DNA of 64,000 nucleotides from Octopus sinensis (Eukaryota), in the NCBI RefSeq assembly GCF_006345805.1, contig NC_043003.1, forward strand, positions 35,774,001 to 35,838,000, written 5' to 3'. This document shows, one piece after another, positions 40,430-54,640 of this stretch. Under the pieces are notes generated by a model. It did not search any database. It was not told the origin of the DNA and worked only from the letters and a program-made list of their open reading frames with translations. The position numbers were made by a program, and so were the translations under genes. Every line of letters begins with the position of its first letter. Position 1 is the first letter of the stretch.

Positions 40430-40590
40430 CTTTATTAATAAAGCTGCAAAAATATCACAAAAAACTGTTACTCAGAGATGCACGTTCCCGTTCGTCGAAG
40501 ACTTTTGGTTCAGAATCGGTCCCACGAAAAGTAACATGAAACTCTGAGTAACAGTTTTTGTGATGTTTTTGTATCTTTGTTAATAAAGCA
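40430..40590. repeat. Head-to-head inverted pair of a short repeat with decayed hammerhead-like motifs
   Basis: ctttattaataaagctgcaaaaatatcacaaaaaactgttactcagag is mirrored by ctctgagtaacagtttttgtgatgtttttgtatctttgttaataaag. Confidence 0.75.
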
Positions 40591-40932
40591 TATTACTCTA
40601 ACTCCGATATTCGAGTACTATTTCTTTCCAACTTGATTCACATTTATGTGCTTGCACTGATATATATATATATATATATATATATAATCCTTTGTATCTC
40701 TGTATGTTCCCAATGCATTATCAAACGGCGTGACCAAATCCAACCGAATTTTACATGGCAATACTATCAGACACCAGGAGTGTCAACATGAAATTTGTTG
40801 GATTAGAACAATGAAACATTGACAATGGTTACGTATTACGTCTCAAAACGCGAAGACTAAAAGTGAAACCTTGAACGGAGTGACAGTTGTAAATAGTTTC
40901 ACATTTATATTACTTCATTTTAATAGTTTCAC

Positions 40933-40988
<56 letters not shown>

Positions 40989-41067
40989 ATATAGATATAT
41001 ATATATATATGCGTGTGTCTGTGTGTGTATGTATATATGTATACATATATATGCGTATCTATGTATT

Positions 41068-41129
<62 letters not shown>

Positions 41130-41139
41130 ACCGCATTAC

Positions 41140-41238
41140 TATACAATAATGCCACACGCTAGTAGGGACTTTTAAAGTAAAAACTACCAAAATAGTTTTG
41201 ACTTTAAAGTCCCACCTAGCGTATGGCATTATTGTATA
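41140..41238. repeat. 99-bp near-perfect palindrome (MITE-like hairpin)
   Basis: tatacaataatgccacacgctagtagggacttttaaagtaaaaacta-ccaaaa-tagttttgactttaaagtcccacctagcgtatggcattattgtata. Confidence 0.9.
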
Positions 41239-41382
41239 TTAATGCCCTCTATATAATATAAATAAATATATTTCAGTGAAAAAAATGGGTGGATTTTTTT
41301 TCTTATGAGGTTTTTCACGCTAAATACTTGATAATTTTTTATAAAGATCTTATCCTATTTTAAAATTGTATATATATATATT

Positions 41383-41713
<331 letters not shown>

Positions 41714-41946
41714 ATATTAAGGAGAAAAATCGGGTTAACGATTTTTAGCAAGTAGTCAGCATGGTAGAAAGATTTATAGGCAATTTCTGCATTAAATTAA
41801 TAATATAATGCACATATGTATATAATTATATAAGGGAACAAAGACGAAGTCGTTTTCGCTCTTGCTCCCTTAATATAGTTAGTATACATACATACATACA
41901 ACATACATACATACATACATACATACATACATACATGCATGCATGC

Positions 41947-41977
<31 letters not shown>

Positions 41978-41999
41978 ATATATATAATATATATATAGT

Positions 42000-42033
<34 letters not shown>

Positions 42034-42051
42034 TAATGTGTGTGTGAAAGT

Positions 42052-42088
<37 letters not shown>

Positions 42089-43024
42089 ATTATAATATTT
42101 ATTATTATTATATTCGAGTGCATGTTCAATTAGCTAAAAATCTGTTGCGAAAAATTTGCTCTTAATGATGATATCGTATGTGGCACAAATATTTATCTTA
42201 AGTGATAAGGTTTCAGAAAATAAGATTAACACAGTAAAGAGAAATGTGTCATATTCCGTGTATTATTATATTTTGCATCCACGTAATCGCTGCGAACAGA
42301 ATGAATCAGATCCATTTTAGAAAATATGTAGGCGAAAAGGCATATGTCATGTCTTTCATTTGGATGACTTAGCTCTTGTTCAATTGTATGATAGAATTTC
42401 GTAAAAGATATTACCAGAAGAAGTAGTGGAGTCGAAATCTTGAAGGTGGTACTATAATTTAGTCGCCGTTTTATGATTTAAATACACCAGATAACATGTT
42501 TTGCCTGAGTTTGAAAATAGACCAGTAACTAATATTTCAAAGCAAAAAAAACCCACTAATGTTGATTATGTGTTAGAAGAGCCCAAAACAGACACTTTAA
42601 ATCATCTTCAAATTCGTTACGACTGCTGCAAGGTAACACTACATTGTGACCAATCAACTACATTCATCGCCTAGAAATGCCGCGTATTCCACATTCTATT
42701 AGAAAACTGAAGTTAATATTAAGCTGAACGACAGAATAACAGGGCAGATACATTAATATATTTGGTTTCATTTCACTTAATGGAATAAAATTGTTATAGG
42801 ACAACGACCATTTTTGTACGCCAAATTCAAGCAGGTTAAAGCAGGTTATAGCAGGCTGAAATATTTTCATACATAAAAAGTCGATATTAATCCAACTAGA
42901 TATCTACCTGGTCGTTTTATCAGCAAGAGATTGTAGCAAAATTTTCCTCAAATCAAACATCGAAGCTTTGCAAACACGACACAACACGTCTGATAAGTTA
43001 GATCTATTTATCTGTCCATTGGCC

Positions 43025-43615
<591 letters not shown>

Positions 43616-43794
43616 TACACAGTTTTCTGTGAATCAATTTCGATAAAACTTTTCCCAGCTGGTTTGCACACTATCTGACAACACAATTGTTATATTTTCA
43701 TTATTCTGTGTAACGTCTTTTCTTTTTTTATTCCTAATTCTTCAGTTTATGGATGAACCACGCTAATAGCTTCTCTTCTCCCTAAGAATTATAG

Positions 43795-44400
43795 GATGAG
43801 GAAAATGCTTTAACGATCATGAAAATCTGTCATCATCAAGGAAAGTGCGAAAGACACCTCTCTTAATGTCATTGCAGAGAAGTTAGGTAGTCATGTGGAC
43901 ACAGTTAGGCGATTCTAGAAGGACCCTTCACCAAAGAAGAAACGACCTGATTGCGGAATCACCAAGACTATGACAGCTAGGAATTTAAGGAATACTGGTC
44001 GCAAGTTATGTGAGATAACTGGACAAACACGCAAAGCCATTTTCACCGCCTCCAGACTTTCTCATGCACCGTAAACCACCAGAAATCCCGTCCTCGGGAC
44101 CATGGCTTCCGTGCAAAAACTCTTGAAACTGTTTCCTTTAATGCTCCGTAATAGGAGTTTGAGGCTTCAATAGGTCCAAAAGTACATGATGTTAGGCATG
44201 ATTGTGTTCTGTTCACTGACGAAACCAGGACCTGATGGGAAAATGATTGGATCTATTTTGGAGCTGAGAGTCACATACGTTTACGACGTCAACAACAGGG
44301 TAGAGGAGTCATGTTGTGGGCTGGTATCATTGGGGACAGATTTGTTGGCCTAGTAAGGGTACCTCAAGTGGTTACAGTGACCTACTACTGTTATAAAATT
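43795..44400 (+). mobile_element. Degenerate Tc1-like transposase fragment
   Basis: VLFTDETR and RLRRQQQGRGVMLWAGIIGDR readable in broken frames. Confidence 0.7.
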
Positions 44401-44676
44401 GACAGATACCCTAACTAATTGGTTATCAAACGCTTAATATATATAACTACCCTTCCTTTCTGAAAAAAATGTCTAGATGGACTATTTTCATTGAAAATCT
44501 AATAGCCTGGTGCACGCAAAAACTGAAGAATAAATAAAGAACGTTACACAGTATAACGAAAGCAGCAATGGTGTGGTCACAGTGTGCAAACAAGCCGGGA
44601 AAAGTTTTATCAAAATAGATTCACAGAAAACTGAGAAATCGTAAATTTCACCCCTAAGCTATATGCGTAGTTCTGA

Positions 44677-44742
<66 letters not shown>

Positions 44743-44835
44743 TTGTATGTATGTATGTATGTATGTGTGTGTGTGTGTGTGCATATGTGTGTGAGTGTGC
44801 ATATGTGTGCACATATACATATATATATAATTATG

Positions 44836-45030
44836 TGATGGCGTGTATATCGCTGGTGATTTTCTTGCTCCGTCTTCCCTTTGGACTGTTTCTAAATTTC
44901 TGATGAAGCGCTCCGCTCGAAACGTGAAATCGTCTTTCTTTTCTTTTCTTTCCTGAGCGTCCAATAACGCAGTACTTGTTCAAGGTCCTCGCGTTGTTGT
45001 TGTTTTTTTGGCTTGTTCTTGTTTGGATTG
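44836..45030 (+). mobile_element. Hammerhead-bearing repeat family X, copy 2
   Basis: attt-CTGATGA-a-gcgc(tcc)gctc-GAAA-CGTG-aaat at 44896-44930. Confidence 0.7.
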
Positions 45031-45080
45031 ACAATATAGATACATATAGATAAAAAGATGAATAAGCATAATATAAACAC

Positions 45081-45234
45081 AGTCGCATGCGTGGCTGTAT
45101 GATAAGAAGCTTACTTCTCAACAACATGCTTCCGGGTTCAGTTCCACTGCGTGACACCTTGGGCAAGTGTCTTCTACTGTAGTTTCGGGCCATGTGAGTG
45201 GGCTTGCGAGTTGGAAACTGAAAGAGCGTCTGTC

Positions 45235-45297
<63 letters not shown>

Positions 45298-45494
45298 TGT
45301 GTTTCTCCCCTACGCATCCTTCACTCGACAAGTTATGTTGGTGTGTTTACGTCCCGTTAACTTAGTGGTTCGGCTGAGAGGACCGATAAAGTAAGTACCA
45401 GGCTAACAGAGAATAAGTCCAGAGGTTGGTTCCTTCGACTAAAAGACGGTGCTCCAGCATGGTCATTATTACATGACTGAAACAAATAAAAGAA
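45081..45494 (+). mobile_element. SINE family B
   Basis: gtggctgtatgataag head, ccgggttcagttcc, caccttgggcaagtgtcttct, internal (TA)n, tail ggtgctccagcatgg...atgactgaaacaaataaaag. Confidence 0.85.
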
Positions 45495-45594
45495 TATATA
45501 TATATATATTATGTATATATATATATATATATATATAATATATTATATTTATATGGTGTGTGCGCGTATGCATATCACTCTGTCGGCCCAGCAA

Positions 45595-45830
45595 TCGGAT
45601 GTTGTTATTTATTATGCATCACTGGTTATATGTTATGCATCGTTTTAGCTTTTGACTGATGCCATCCGGCTGGACAGGTGAGAAGGCCAACATTCTCTAT
45701 GATAGGCTACTCCATCGCAGTGTTGCCCATTTACAGCCGAGTGGACTGGTATAACATGGAATGAAATGTTTTACTGAAGAACACAACGCACCACCCTGTC
45801 CAGAAGTCAAGCCCACGATCTATTGAATGT
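45595..45830 (-). mobile_element. tRNA/CORE-like SINE, family D (degenerate)
   Basis: Minus strand gcgttgtgttcttcagtaaaacattt...ccagtccactcggctgtaaatggg resembles the family C CORE region but has a different tail. Confidence 0.5.
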
Positions 45831-46190
45831 ATATGCAATATGCCTTTGCACACACACGCACACACATCCACACACACTCACACACACACATACACACGCA
45901 TACAAACACACATTGTTTACTTTTCCGTTAAGGTAAGATCAACAAGAAAAGTATTCTATCCGGTGAGGCGTAGATATTGTTCAATGTACACACTATATAG
46001 GTATGAGCTATCAATAGTTTTATTCATTGGAGACGTTTTCTCGGCAGATTTTAGTAATGCGCCTAGTATCTCCAATTCTGAAGACGACTTGATGACACTA
46101 AGCATGTTATCAAAATGTGCCTAAGCAACATCTCCAATGTATGAAACTATCAGTACCTCAAAAGTACAATCTGTGCGCATTAAACAGCAT

Positions 46191-46232
46191 ACAGCATGGC
46201 CGCATGCAAATGACTGAAACAAATAGAAGAAA
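46191..46232 (+). mobile_element. Isolated 3' tail of SINE family B
   Basis: cagcatggccgcatgcaaatgactgaaacaaatagaaga. Confidence 0.6.
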
Positions 46233-46261
46233 TAATGTAAGTGTATGCGTGTGGGCGGGTG

Positions 46262-46322
<61 letters not shown>

Positions 46323-47311
46323 CCATACATATACACACGTGTGGTGGGTGAATAAAAGAATGGGCGGCATGCATTTGACCATTGATCTCTTCGATTAAGA
46401 TTGACTTAGAAATAAAGCAAAACAAAAGAATCAATGAAAAAAATTAACGTCTCTACTTATTTGGGTGGAGTCTGTCACTAGAATAATCATAATGTTTCTA
46501 CAGAACAAAAAATAATCTAAGAATGAAATATTTGTGACGGGAAAATTGTTAGATGTCTTGCATTTCTTTCATATCAAGCTCAGAGAATAATGTAATACAA
46601 TCTCATATTCAGTACTGAAAATCTATTTACTGTTAAATAATCGGGCTTGAACTGACCCCCTTTACTCTTAATTGAATTAAGGTCAAATAATTAAAATTTT
46701 AAAATAAAAGACATTATAGTTATTAAAATTGAAGCAAAAAAATTAGAACTCTTCCTCCGTCACATTAACAACTTACTTGTAATCAAATTTTATGCTTTAA
46801 GTGGGTGATTACATTTTAGATAGGAAATTATAAATGGGCTCACTTTAAAAATTTTCTTAATATACTTAAGAAATTCTTGTATCATCAAATCGCAATACGG
46901 AGAGAAATTAATGAAGTAATATGAAATGTGATGTCTCGCCTAATTTCCTCTACGAATTTATATTCTCTACAAATTTCAGTAATGTTTTAATATTCGTTTT
47001 ATAGCGACCACACCCTACTGTCCTCTGTTCTGTGGACCTAATGGTGTCTACTGTTTATTATCGCATTCCATATCACATACGCATACATGCACAAGCACGT
47101 ATGTATGAGTTCATACACAATATGTACACAGGTACGCAATCAGTTTGCACACACACACACACTCACACACACACATACATATTCAGAGACAGATATTCAT
47201 TTCCTATATATATATATGTATATATATGTGTGTGTATACATATAAATATATATATATATATATACATGCATACTCACACGCACACACAGACACATATATA
47301 TGTGTGTATAT

Positions 47312-49366
47312 ATCCTTAAATCCTTAAATCCTTAAAAATGTTTTAGCCCGAAGGCCGCGGCCATGCTGGGGCACCACCGCTGAATGAGCCACACTAGTTT
47401 GTGAATCCACCTCTGATACGTGGCACTTGATCAACAAGGGAGTTCGATGCTGCTGCCCGCATCCGCGTCTCCTGTCGTGAGGTAGGTTCATCTGGGACTT
47501 CCAACAAGAAGAGATCCAGTTTAGTTTTAAAGAAACCCACATCCACACCATGTAAGTCTCTCAGGCATTTAGGGAGGATGTTGAAAAGCTGTGGTCCTCT
47601 GAAACCCAAGCTGTTGCAGTATCTGGACCTGTATTTTGATGGTGATGTTGGAATCCTTGGCACCACGCAGCGGCGCCCCGTTCTGCGGTTGGAGTAACTT
47701 TGAATGCCAAAGTTTGGGATAAGACCCTCCAGGATTTTCCAGATGTATATTACTGCATATCTCTCCCGCCTCCGCTCCAGGGAGAAGAGGTTTAATACCT
47801 TCAGTCTTTCCCAGTAGCTGACATTTTGCATTGAGACGATTTTCTTTGTGTAGCTTCTCTGAGTTGCTTCGAGTTCTGCTGTTTGTTTTATATTGTGTGG
47901 TGACCAAAGTTGGGAGCAGTAGTCCAAGCGGCTGAGGACAAATGTTTTCCATAGGACCATCAGTGTCTCCTTCTCTCTTGTTCTGAAAGTTCGGAGAATC
48001 CATCCAGCTAGCCGTCTGCATTTTATCACCAGATTAGCAATATGCATTTGGAAAGATGCATCATTGCTCATGTCAATGCCCAGGTCACGCACTGATTTTG
48101 ACTCAGGGATTGCAATTCTTCCTGGGCCAGTGTATCCAGTCTTCACGTCATTTACCTTTGTGTGCCAGTAGCGCAGGGCCTGGAACTTACCTGCATTAAA
48201 CTGCATGTTGTTGTCCTCAGCCCACCTGTATATTGTGTCCAGCTCATGTTGCAGATGCGCAATATTTTCAGGGTTCTGTATTGCGTGGGAGACCTTTGTG
48301 TCATCTGCATAGCTAGCAAGGGTGGTCATCGTAGCAACTGAAGGCATGTCTGAAAGGGCCACTATGAACATCAGTGGCCCCAAGACAGTGCCCTGTGGGA
48401 CACCGCTTGTTATTTGCGTTTCCCTGGAGGTGGCTCCATTGCTCACAACTGCCTGTTTTCTGTCTTTTAGGAAGTGTGCAGCCACTCTCCAAGTTTCCCG
48501 CCTATGCCGAGACCACGCAGTTTATGACAGATCATACCATGGTCGACTTTATCAAAGGCTTTTGCAAAGTCAAGATATATTACATCCACATTTGAGCCAT
48601 TTAGTAGCTGTTTCAACACCCAGTCATAGTGCTGCAGGAGCTGTGTTAGGCAGCCTCTACCTGGTCGAAATCCATGCTGGGTGTCAGACAGTAAGTCATT
48701 TTCTTCAAGGAACATGATTAGTTTCTTACGGACTATTCGTTCCATGACTTTGCTGATGTGTGAGGTCAGAGAGATAGGCCTATAATTTTTAGCATCTGCT
48801 CTGCTACATCCCTTATGGATAGGGCATATTACCCCCTCTTTCAGTTTGACTGGGAGCTTACCACTTGCAAGAAAGCTCTGAAAAAGAAGCTGTAGCGGTT
48901 TTGCAAGGGCTCGTTTGCACGATTTGAGAAGGATCGCTGGGAATCCATCAGGTCCAGCAGCTGAGTTTGTGTCAATCTCATCAATGGCTAGTGTGATATC
49001 ATCTTCTTCGATGTTGATGTACTCAATTTTTGTCTCTTTGGCCGCTGGTAAAGTGGCAAAGAATTCTTCTGGGTTGTTTACTTGCCTGTGTCCTAGAGGT
49101 GTAGTGAACACACTTTGGAACTGTTCGTTCAGTATTTCACTTATCCTCGTGGGATTTCCTGTGAGAGAGCCATCTTTTTGGAAGAGAGGTCCTATTCTCT
49201 GGTGCACTGTGGCTGTCTCTTTGGCAAACTTAAAGAAAGCTTTAGGGTTTGATTTTATATTTTCTATTACCCAAGCTTCTTTATCTGCTCTCTCCTTTTC
49301 ATGGGACTGATGTAGACTTTTCTCAGTTTCCATTAGCATTCTTTCGAGCCGAGACTTCTCACCACT

Positions 49367-49367
<1 letters not shown>
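47312..49367 (-). mobile_element. 5'-truncated CR1-type LINE (CR1/L2 group); ORF2 RT and C-terminus with one frameshift
   Basis: ORFs 48467-49453 and 47394-48485: NPKAFFKFAK, NYRPISLTSHISKVMERIV, QHGFRPGRGCLTQLL, YLDFAKAFDKVDH, SGVPQGTVLGP, YADDTKV, LERRRERY; 3' end (TTAAGGAT)x3; inserted in TA repeats. Confidence 0.95.
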
Positions 49368-49400
<33 letters not shown>

Positions 49401-50997
49401 TGTGTATATATGTATACACACATACATATATATATATATGCAGATACACGCATATATGTATGTTTAATTATATATATATATATAAATGTCTACATACATA
49501 TATTATATACGCATATATATGTTTATATATATTATGTATTTATATGTGTATGTGTATGTTTACACATACGTACATACATGTATATACGTATATATATATA
49601 TATATGCGCGCATGAATGTATGAATGTATGTATGTAATATGCATGGAGAGATAGATAGTGATAGAGATAGAGTGAGAGACAGAGATAGAGAAAGAAAAAG
49701 AAAGAGGGAGTTAGGTAAGTTTATAGTTTGGATAAATAATTACCAACATTATCGATACTTTCACTCCGAAATAAACGGGTAGAAAATAATCGATGCTGTT
49801 CTATCATGTATTTTAATGAAATTCCAGCTTGTGGAAAAAATTATAAGATTGTATGTGAATACTCCGATAGTTCACATAATAAGTATTGATTCTGGATGCA
49901 AGAAAATATCTAAGCACACTCAGATTTATTTTATAAAGAGACATCGATGATTTGATCAAAGAGAATTCAAATTCTTGCGCTGAGCTATGAACACTGCGGA
50001 ATGAAAGAATGTCTCAACTGATATAATTTGTTTAAAGAAAGTATAAATTTAGTTTTTGATGTCAGTGCGATTGGTTGGTGCAATTGTTTGAAACAATACG
50101 TGATCTGAAAAATGCTTGTTGAACATATCTTGTCATCTGTCGTTTGATTATGACCCGGCACTTCATGAGTACAAACAATGAAGGAGAGGAAAGAAAAATA
50201 ACAACAATAATAATATTAATGATAATAAAAGATAGGGATAATTTCATCACCATCCTCCTCCTCCTCCTGCTCCTCATCATCATCACCATCATCACCATCA
50301 TCCTCATCGCCACCGTCCTCATCATTGATGCCATGTCGTCGTCGTGAGCGGTGGCGGCGGCAGTGGTTGCAGCGATCATCGTCAGCGTTGTCTTCGTTGT
50401 CGTTGTCTTCGGCGCCGCCGCCGCAGCCGTCGTCGTCGTCGTCTTCGTCGCTGTTATCTTCTTCACAACCGCAACTTCGTTAGGGATCGGTAACAAAATG
50501 TCAGTTGTCGACGATCAGTGGACTAAAGCAACAGTCTTTTACGAGATCACAAGTACCCTGCAAAGTATTTCTGCAGTTTTTCTTCACATTCACTCCTTTT
50601 AATCAAGTTTGTGAGCTTGATATTTAAATTTCCCAAAGCTCCAACAACAACGACTACAACGTTCATGAATAAACACATTCTTTTTATCTTCAAATCCAAA
50701 TAATAATTTTTGATGAGCTTGTTCTCTTTCCAGTAATTTTGTCATCATCAGGGCAAGCAATGTTAGTGATTAAACAGATTTCTTTTCCTTCTTATTCGTA
50801 AGCACGTAAATATTTCTTGAAATTTTGACAACGATGCAGATATATAGGTGAGGAGTATCTCTGTCTGAATTAAATGCAGTTCTTTAGATGGCAGTAATTT
50901 GTCTTTGAAAGACGAAATCAGCCCCTAAGCTCAAAAGAAACAAGAATAAACTAAAGGTAATTGGGAGAGTAAGATGGATTTTACCAATACATCGATT

Positions 50998-51058
50998 CAT
51001 AATAATAATAATAATGATAATAGTAATAATAGTAATAATCGTAGTAGTAGTAGTAATA

Positions 51059-51108
<50 letters not shown>

Positions 51109-51143
51109 TAATAATAATAATAATAATAATAATAGTAATAGTA

Positions 51144-51191
<48 letters not shown>

Positions 51192-51209
51192 TAATAATAA
51201 TAATAATAA
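50998..51209. repeat. (AAT)n/(AGT)n microsatellite
   Basis: Directly visible. Confidence 0.97.
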
Positions 51210-51449
51210 TCAGAACCATGTCTCAGAGAATTCCAAAAGATTGTGCTGCCAATTCCCTCCCACATCCTTAGAAAAACACTATCAATTTATATGTTTGTGT
51301 TGTATTCGATGAAGATATTTCGCTACTGCCCCTGCCACTTTCCCAACCCAAGCTTTCAGTCATACTGTAACATCTCTTATCCTTCACTCGCCCCAGGACG
51401 CTGGATGTGTTTCGGCAAATAATTGTAACAAACATGCAGATTAAAAGTA
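51210..51449 (+). mobile_element. R4/Dong-like 3' fragment (subfamily B)
   Basis: Reads EPCLREFQKIVLPIPSHILRKTLSI, homologous to QKIALLGTAHILRRTL; has its own 3'UTR; (TAA)n on both sides. Confidence 0.65.
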
Positions 51450-51498
<49 letters not shown>

Positions 51499-51501
<3 letters not shown>

Positions 51502-53002
51502 TCACACTAGATAAAACCAATGAAATAAAAGAATTAGACCAAAGCCAAACTTACAAATACTTAGGAATCCATGAACTAGATAAGACACAACACACACAAA
51601 TGAAAGAGAAAATAAAAAAGAATATTATAGACGAGTTAGATCAATACTAAAAACAGAGCTCAATGCTAAAAACAAGATAATAGGTATCAACACTTTAGCT
51701 GTCCCAGTTATAAGTTACAGCTACAATATCCTTAACTGGACACGAAATGAACTGACCAAAATAGATAGGAAAACAAGAAAAATAATGACAGGATCTAGAA
51801 TGCATCACCCAAAATCTGACATAGAAAGACTATATATACAACGTATAGAAGGTAGTAGAGATCTTATGCAGCTGGAAAACTACTATAAAATAACCACCAT
51901 AAGACTGCAAAAATATCTACTTCAGAAGGAAGGAAAACTGATACAAATAGCGGCAAAACACGAGCAAAATAAAAAACTGTTCTCAGTATTTAAGGAAGCT
52001 GACAAATACAAACAAGAAATCATACCACCTAATAAACATGAAGAAGAAGAAGAAGAAGATGAAGAAACAACAAAAGCTATAAAACAAATGAAATCCAAAC
52101 TAAAAATAGAACAGCAACGTACCATGATAAAACGATGGCAAGAAAAGCCCCTTCATGGTAAATACTGGACTAAACTAAACGCAAAAGAAATAGACAAATA
52201 AAAATCCCAGCAATGGTTAAGAAGCTCAGGACTCAAAGCAGAAACAGAAGGATTTTTAATTGCTGCACAAGACCAAAGCCTCCCCACCAGAAATTACCAA
52301 AAACATGTAATGAAAAGAAATATTACAAGTAACTGCAGAATATGTGGAGATGGACAAGAAACAATAAATCATATTATCTCTAGCTGCCCAGTCCTGGCTA
52401 AGAAGAAATATATTCACAGACATGACAGAGTTGGAACCTACATACATTGGAAGCTATGCCAACATTATGGAATAACAACAGAAAAAAGATGGCATAGGCA
52501 CACACCAGAAAAGGTCACAGAAAACGAGAAAGCAACCATACTCTGGGATATGCCGATACACACAGATAGAGAAATTAAGGCCAACAGACCAGATATAGTT
52601 GTCAGAGATCATGAAGAAAAAAAATGCTTTCTAATTGATGTAACAATACCGGCAGATGACAACGTGTCTCTAAAAGAAATGGAGAAACTCTCAAAATACA
52701 AAGACCTGGAAATAGAGGTAAATAGAATGTGAAATCTGAAAACAGAAACAATTCCTATCATAGTAGGTGCATTAGGCATGATAAAAAAATATTCAGACAA
52801 ATACATAACAAAAACACCAGGACTTACAAACACATATAAACATACAGAAAATTGCACTACTAGGCACTGCACACATCCTACGCAGAACACTTTCCATACA
52901 ATAACCATCAGAGCATCACAACAAATCACAGCACATACCCAAGGCACACAGAGCTGCGCTCGGTAGTGAAGTGAAAGCACGCTATAAAAATAAAACTACT
53001 GA
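51499..53002 (+). mobile_element. 5'-truncated R4/Dong-like retrotransposon (subfamily A)
   Basis: YKYLGI, HHPKSDIERLY, CRICGDGQETINHIISSC (CCHC), RPDIVV...FLIDVTIP...EKLSKYKDL (REL endonuclease); a few stops and frameshifts; (TAA)n on both flanks. Confidence 0.92.
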
Positions 53003-53329
53003 ATAATAATAATAACAATAATAATAATAACAATCATAATAATAACGTTGGTCACACACATCGATCTTGACGTATGAGCGTTTGTAAGAAAGGATTAACA
53101 TAAGAAGTTTTAAAAATATAAGAAGCTGCATATATTTGCGATTGATACATAAATGTAATTTGAGTCCAGGTGTGGATTTTGCTATGAAGTCACCATGGGG
53201 TAAATGATGATTTTGACTTTACCTGGGAGCGAACATATGTGTCTGTTGATTGCAGGATATAGTTATTTTATTGTTCTGTTTCTTCAACTCAAATTGTTTA
53301 GATGCATCATGACACATTTTACGCCACCC

Positions 53330-53720
53330 AGATCAAGCTAGGCAATAACCTACCTCGAAATGTTAAATTAAGCTCTAGGGATTATAGTGATTGTTACCAC
53401 TTATGCTTACACCTAAAGATGGGTCTTCCTTTACTGCGGAATCCATCTACTTGATGGCCATACAAAAGAATTTTCAGAATGTGAACATCTTGCATTTAAA
53501 CATGTTCTGCCTATCTGCACTGAATTCCCAACAGCTTGCTTTCTGTACTGGAGATATCACACTTTTCTAAAATGTTGACATTTAACATCTTATCTTGCTA
53601 TTTTATGTTGCAGATATTGAGCAAATAACGCATGTGAAAATTTTCAAGTTTCTTTAGATATCTAGTAAGGAATCCATGATTCTACCCAATACACGTGTCT
53701 GCTCAAAATACAAGGTTTGT
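53330..53720 (-). mobile_element. RTE-clade C-terminal fragment
   Basis: Minus strand KLENFHMRYLLNICNIK*QDK... and LKILLYGHQVDGFRSKGRP. Confidence 0.65.
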
Positions 53721-53787
53721 ATGCACTTATTCTGATTTTCAAACTGACTCCGTGTTCATCCCACGAACAATGGGTAAGTTTTCCAAA

Positions 53788-53877
53788 AGCGCATGTAGTC
53801 TTCGATATTCTTATATAGATTACGTCGTCAACAGCGCATGTAGTGTTCGATATTCTTATATAGATTACGTCGTCAAC
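53788..53877. repeat. 45-bp tandem duplication (one mismatch)
   Basis: agcgcatgtagt(c/g)ttcgatattcttatatagattacgtcgtcaac twice. Confidence 0.95.
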
Positions 53878-54195
53878 AGTACTCTTAAAGTATACTGTAC
53901 TTCCAAGATATTTAAATAACCTGCCCTATTTGACTGGACTATTGTCAATCCTCACTTTTAAGTCTTGATTATGTACTGTCCCGGGCTTTAGGTGGAATAT
54001 AACGTCACTTTTCTGAATAACGGTAGACAGCCCAAATATCAAATATTTCCTGAATTCCTTCAAATGTATGAGAAATCAAAGTGCAGCCATCAGTGAACAG
54101 AAAAATCGCGGGGTATCTCGTCCTCGGTACTTTTCTTTGGTCTGATACTTTGCTTCATTTATGAAAAGGTAATGGACGAAAAGGACAGGTATGGT

Positions 54196-54562
54196 GTTAG
54201 AGCACCGAAGGCTGGAAATAGAAACCTTTAGGAGGGAGAAGGAAGAATTCCTGATAATCGACGTGGTAGTGCCAGGAAATCAACATATTATCATGAAAGA
54301 CAGAAAAGATTGGTAAATATGGTGACCTAAGAATTGGGATCGCTAAGATGTGGCAGCTTCTAGAGTCAAGCATAAAGGTTGTCCCTATTGTCATTGAAGC
54401 ATTGGGTTCAATACCAACCAGCCCGTAAAAAACATCTGGAAACTTTAGAAATACCCTACAATCCAGATGTATTGCAAGCATCGGCATATTGTGTAAAGTA
54501 CTGTCTGTCTGAGGTCCTTGTTTTGACTTGACAGACAGTACAAAAACCCCTTGTACACAATA
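54196..54562 (+). mobile_element. R4/Dong-like 3' fragment with 3'UTR hairpin
   Basis: FLIIDVVVPGNQHII, KYGDLRIGIAKMWQ, KVVPIVIEALGSIP; 12-bp stem gtactgtctgtc (54498-509)/gacagacagtac (54530-41); ends at (AAT)n. Confidence 0.75.
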
Positions 54563-54573
54563 TCTTAATAATA

Positions 54574-54632
<59 letters not shown>

Positions 54633-54640
54633 CATCATCA

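Noticed and set aside
50062-50602. GC-rich ORFs with Ala/Thr/Val runs
   Set aside because: Mosaic of trinucleotide repeats (CAT, CCT, GCC, GTC) open in several frames; no domain.
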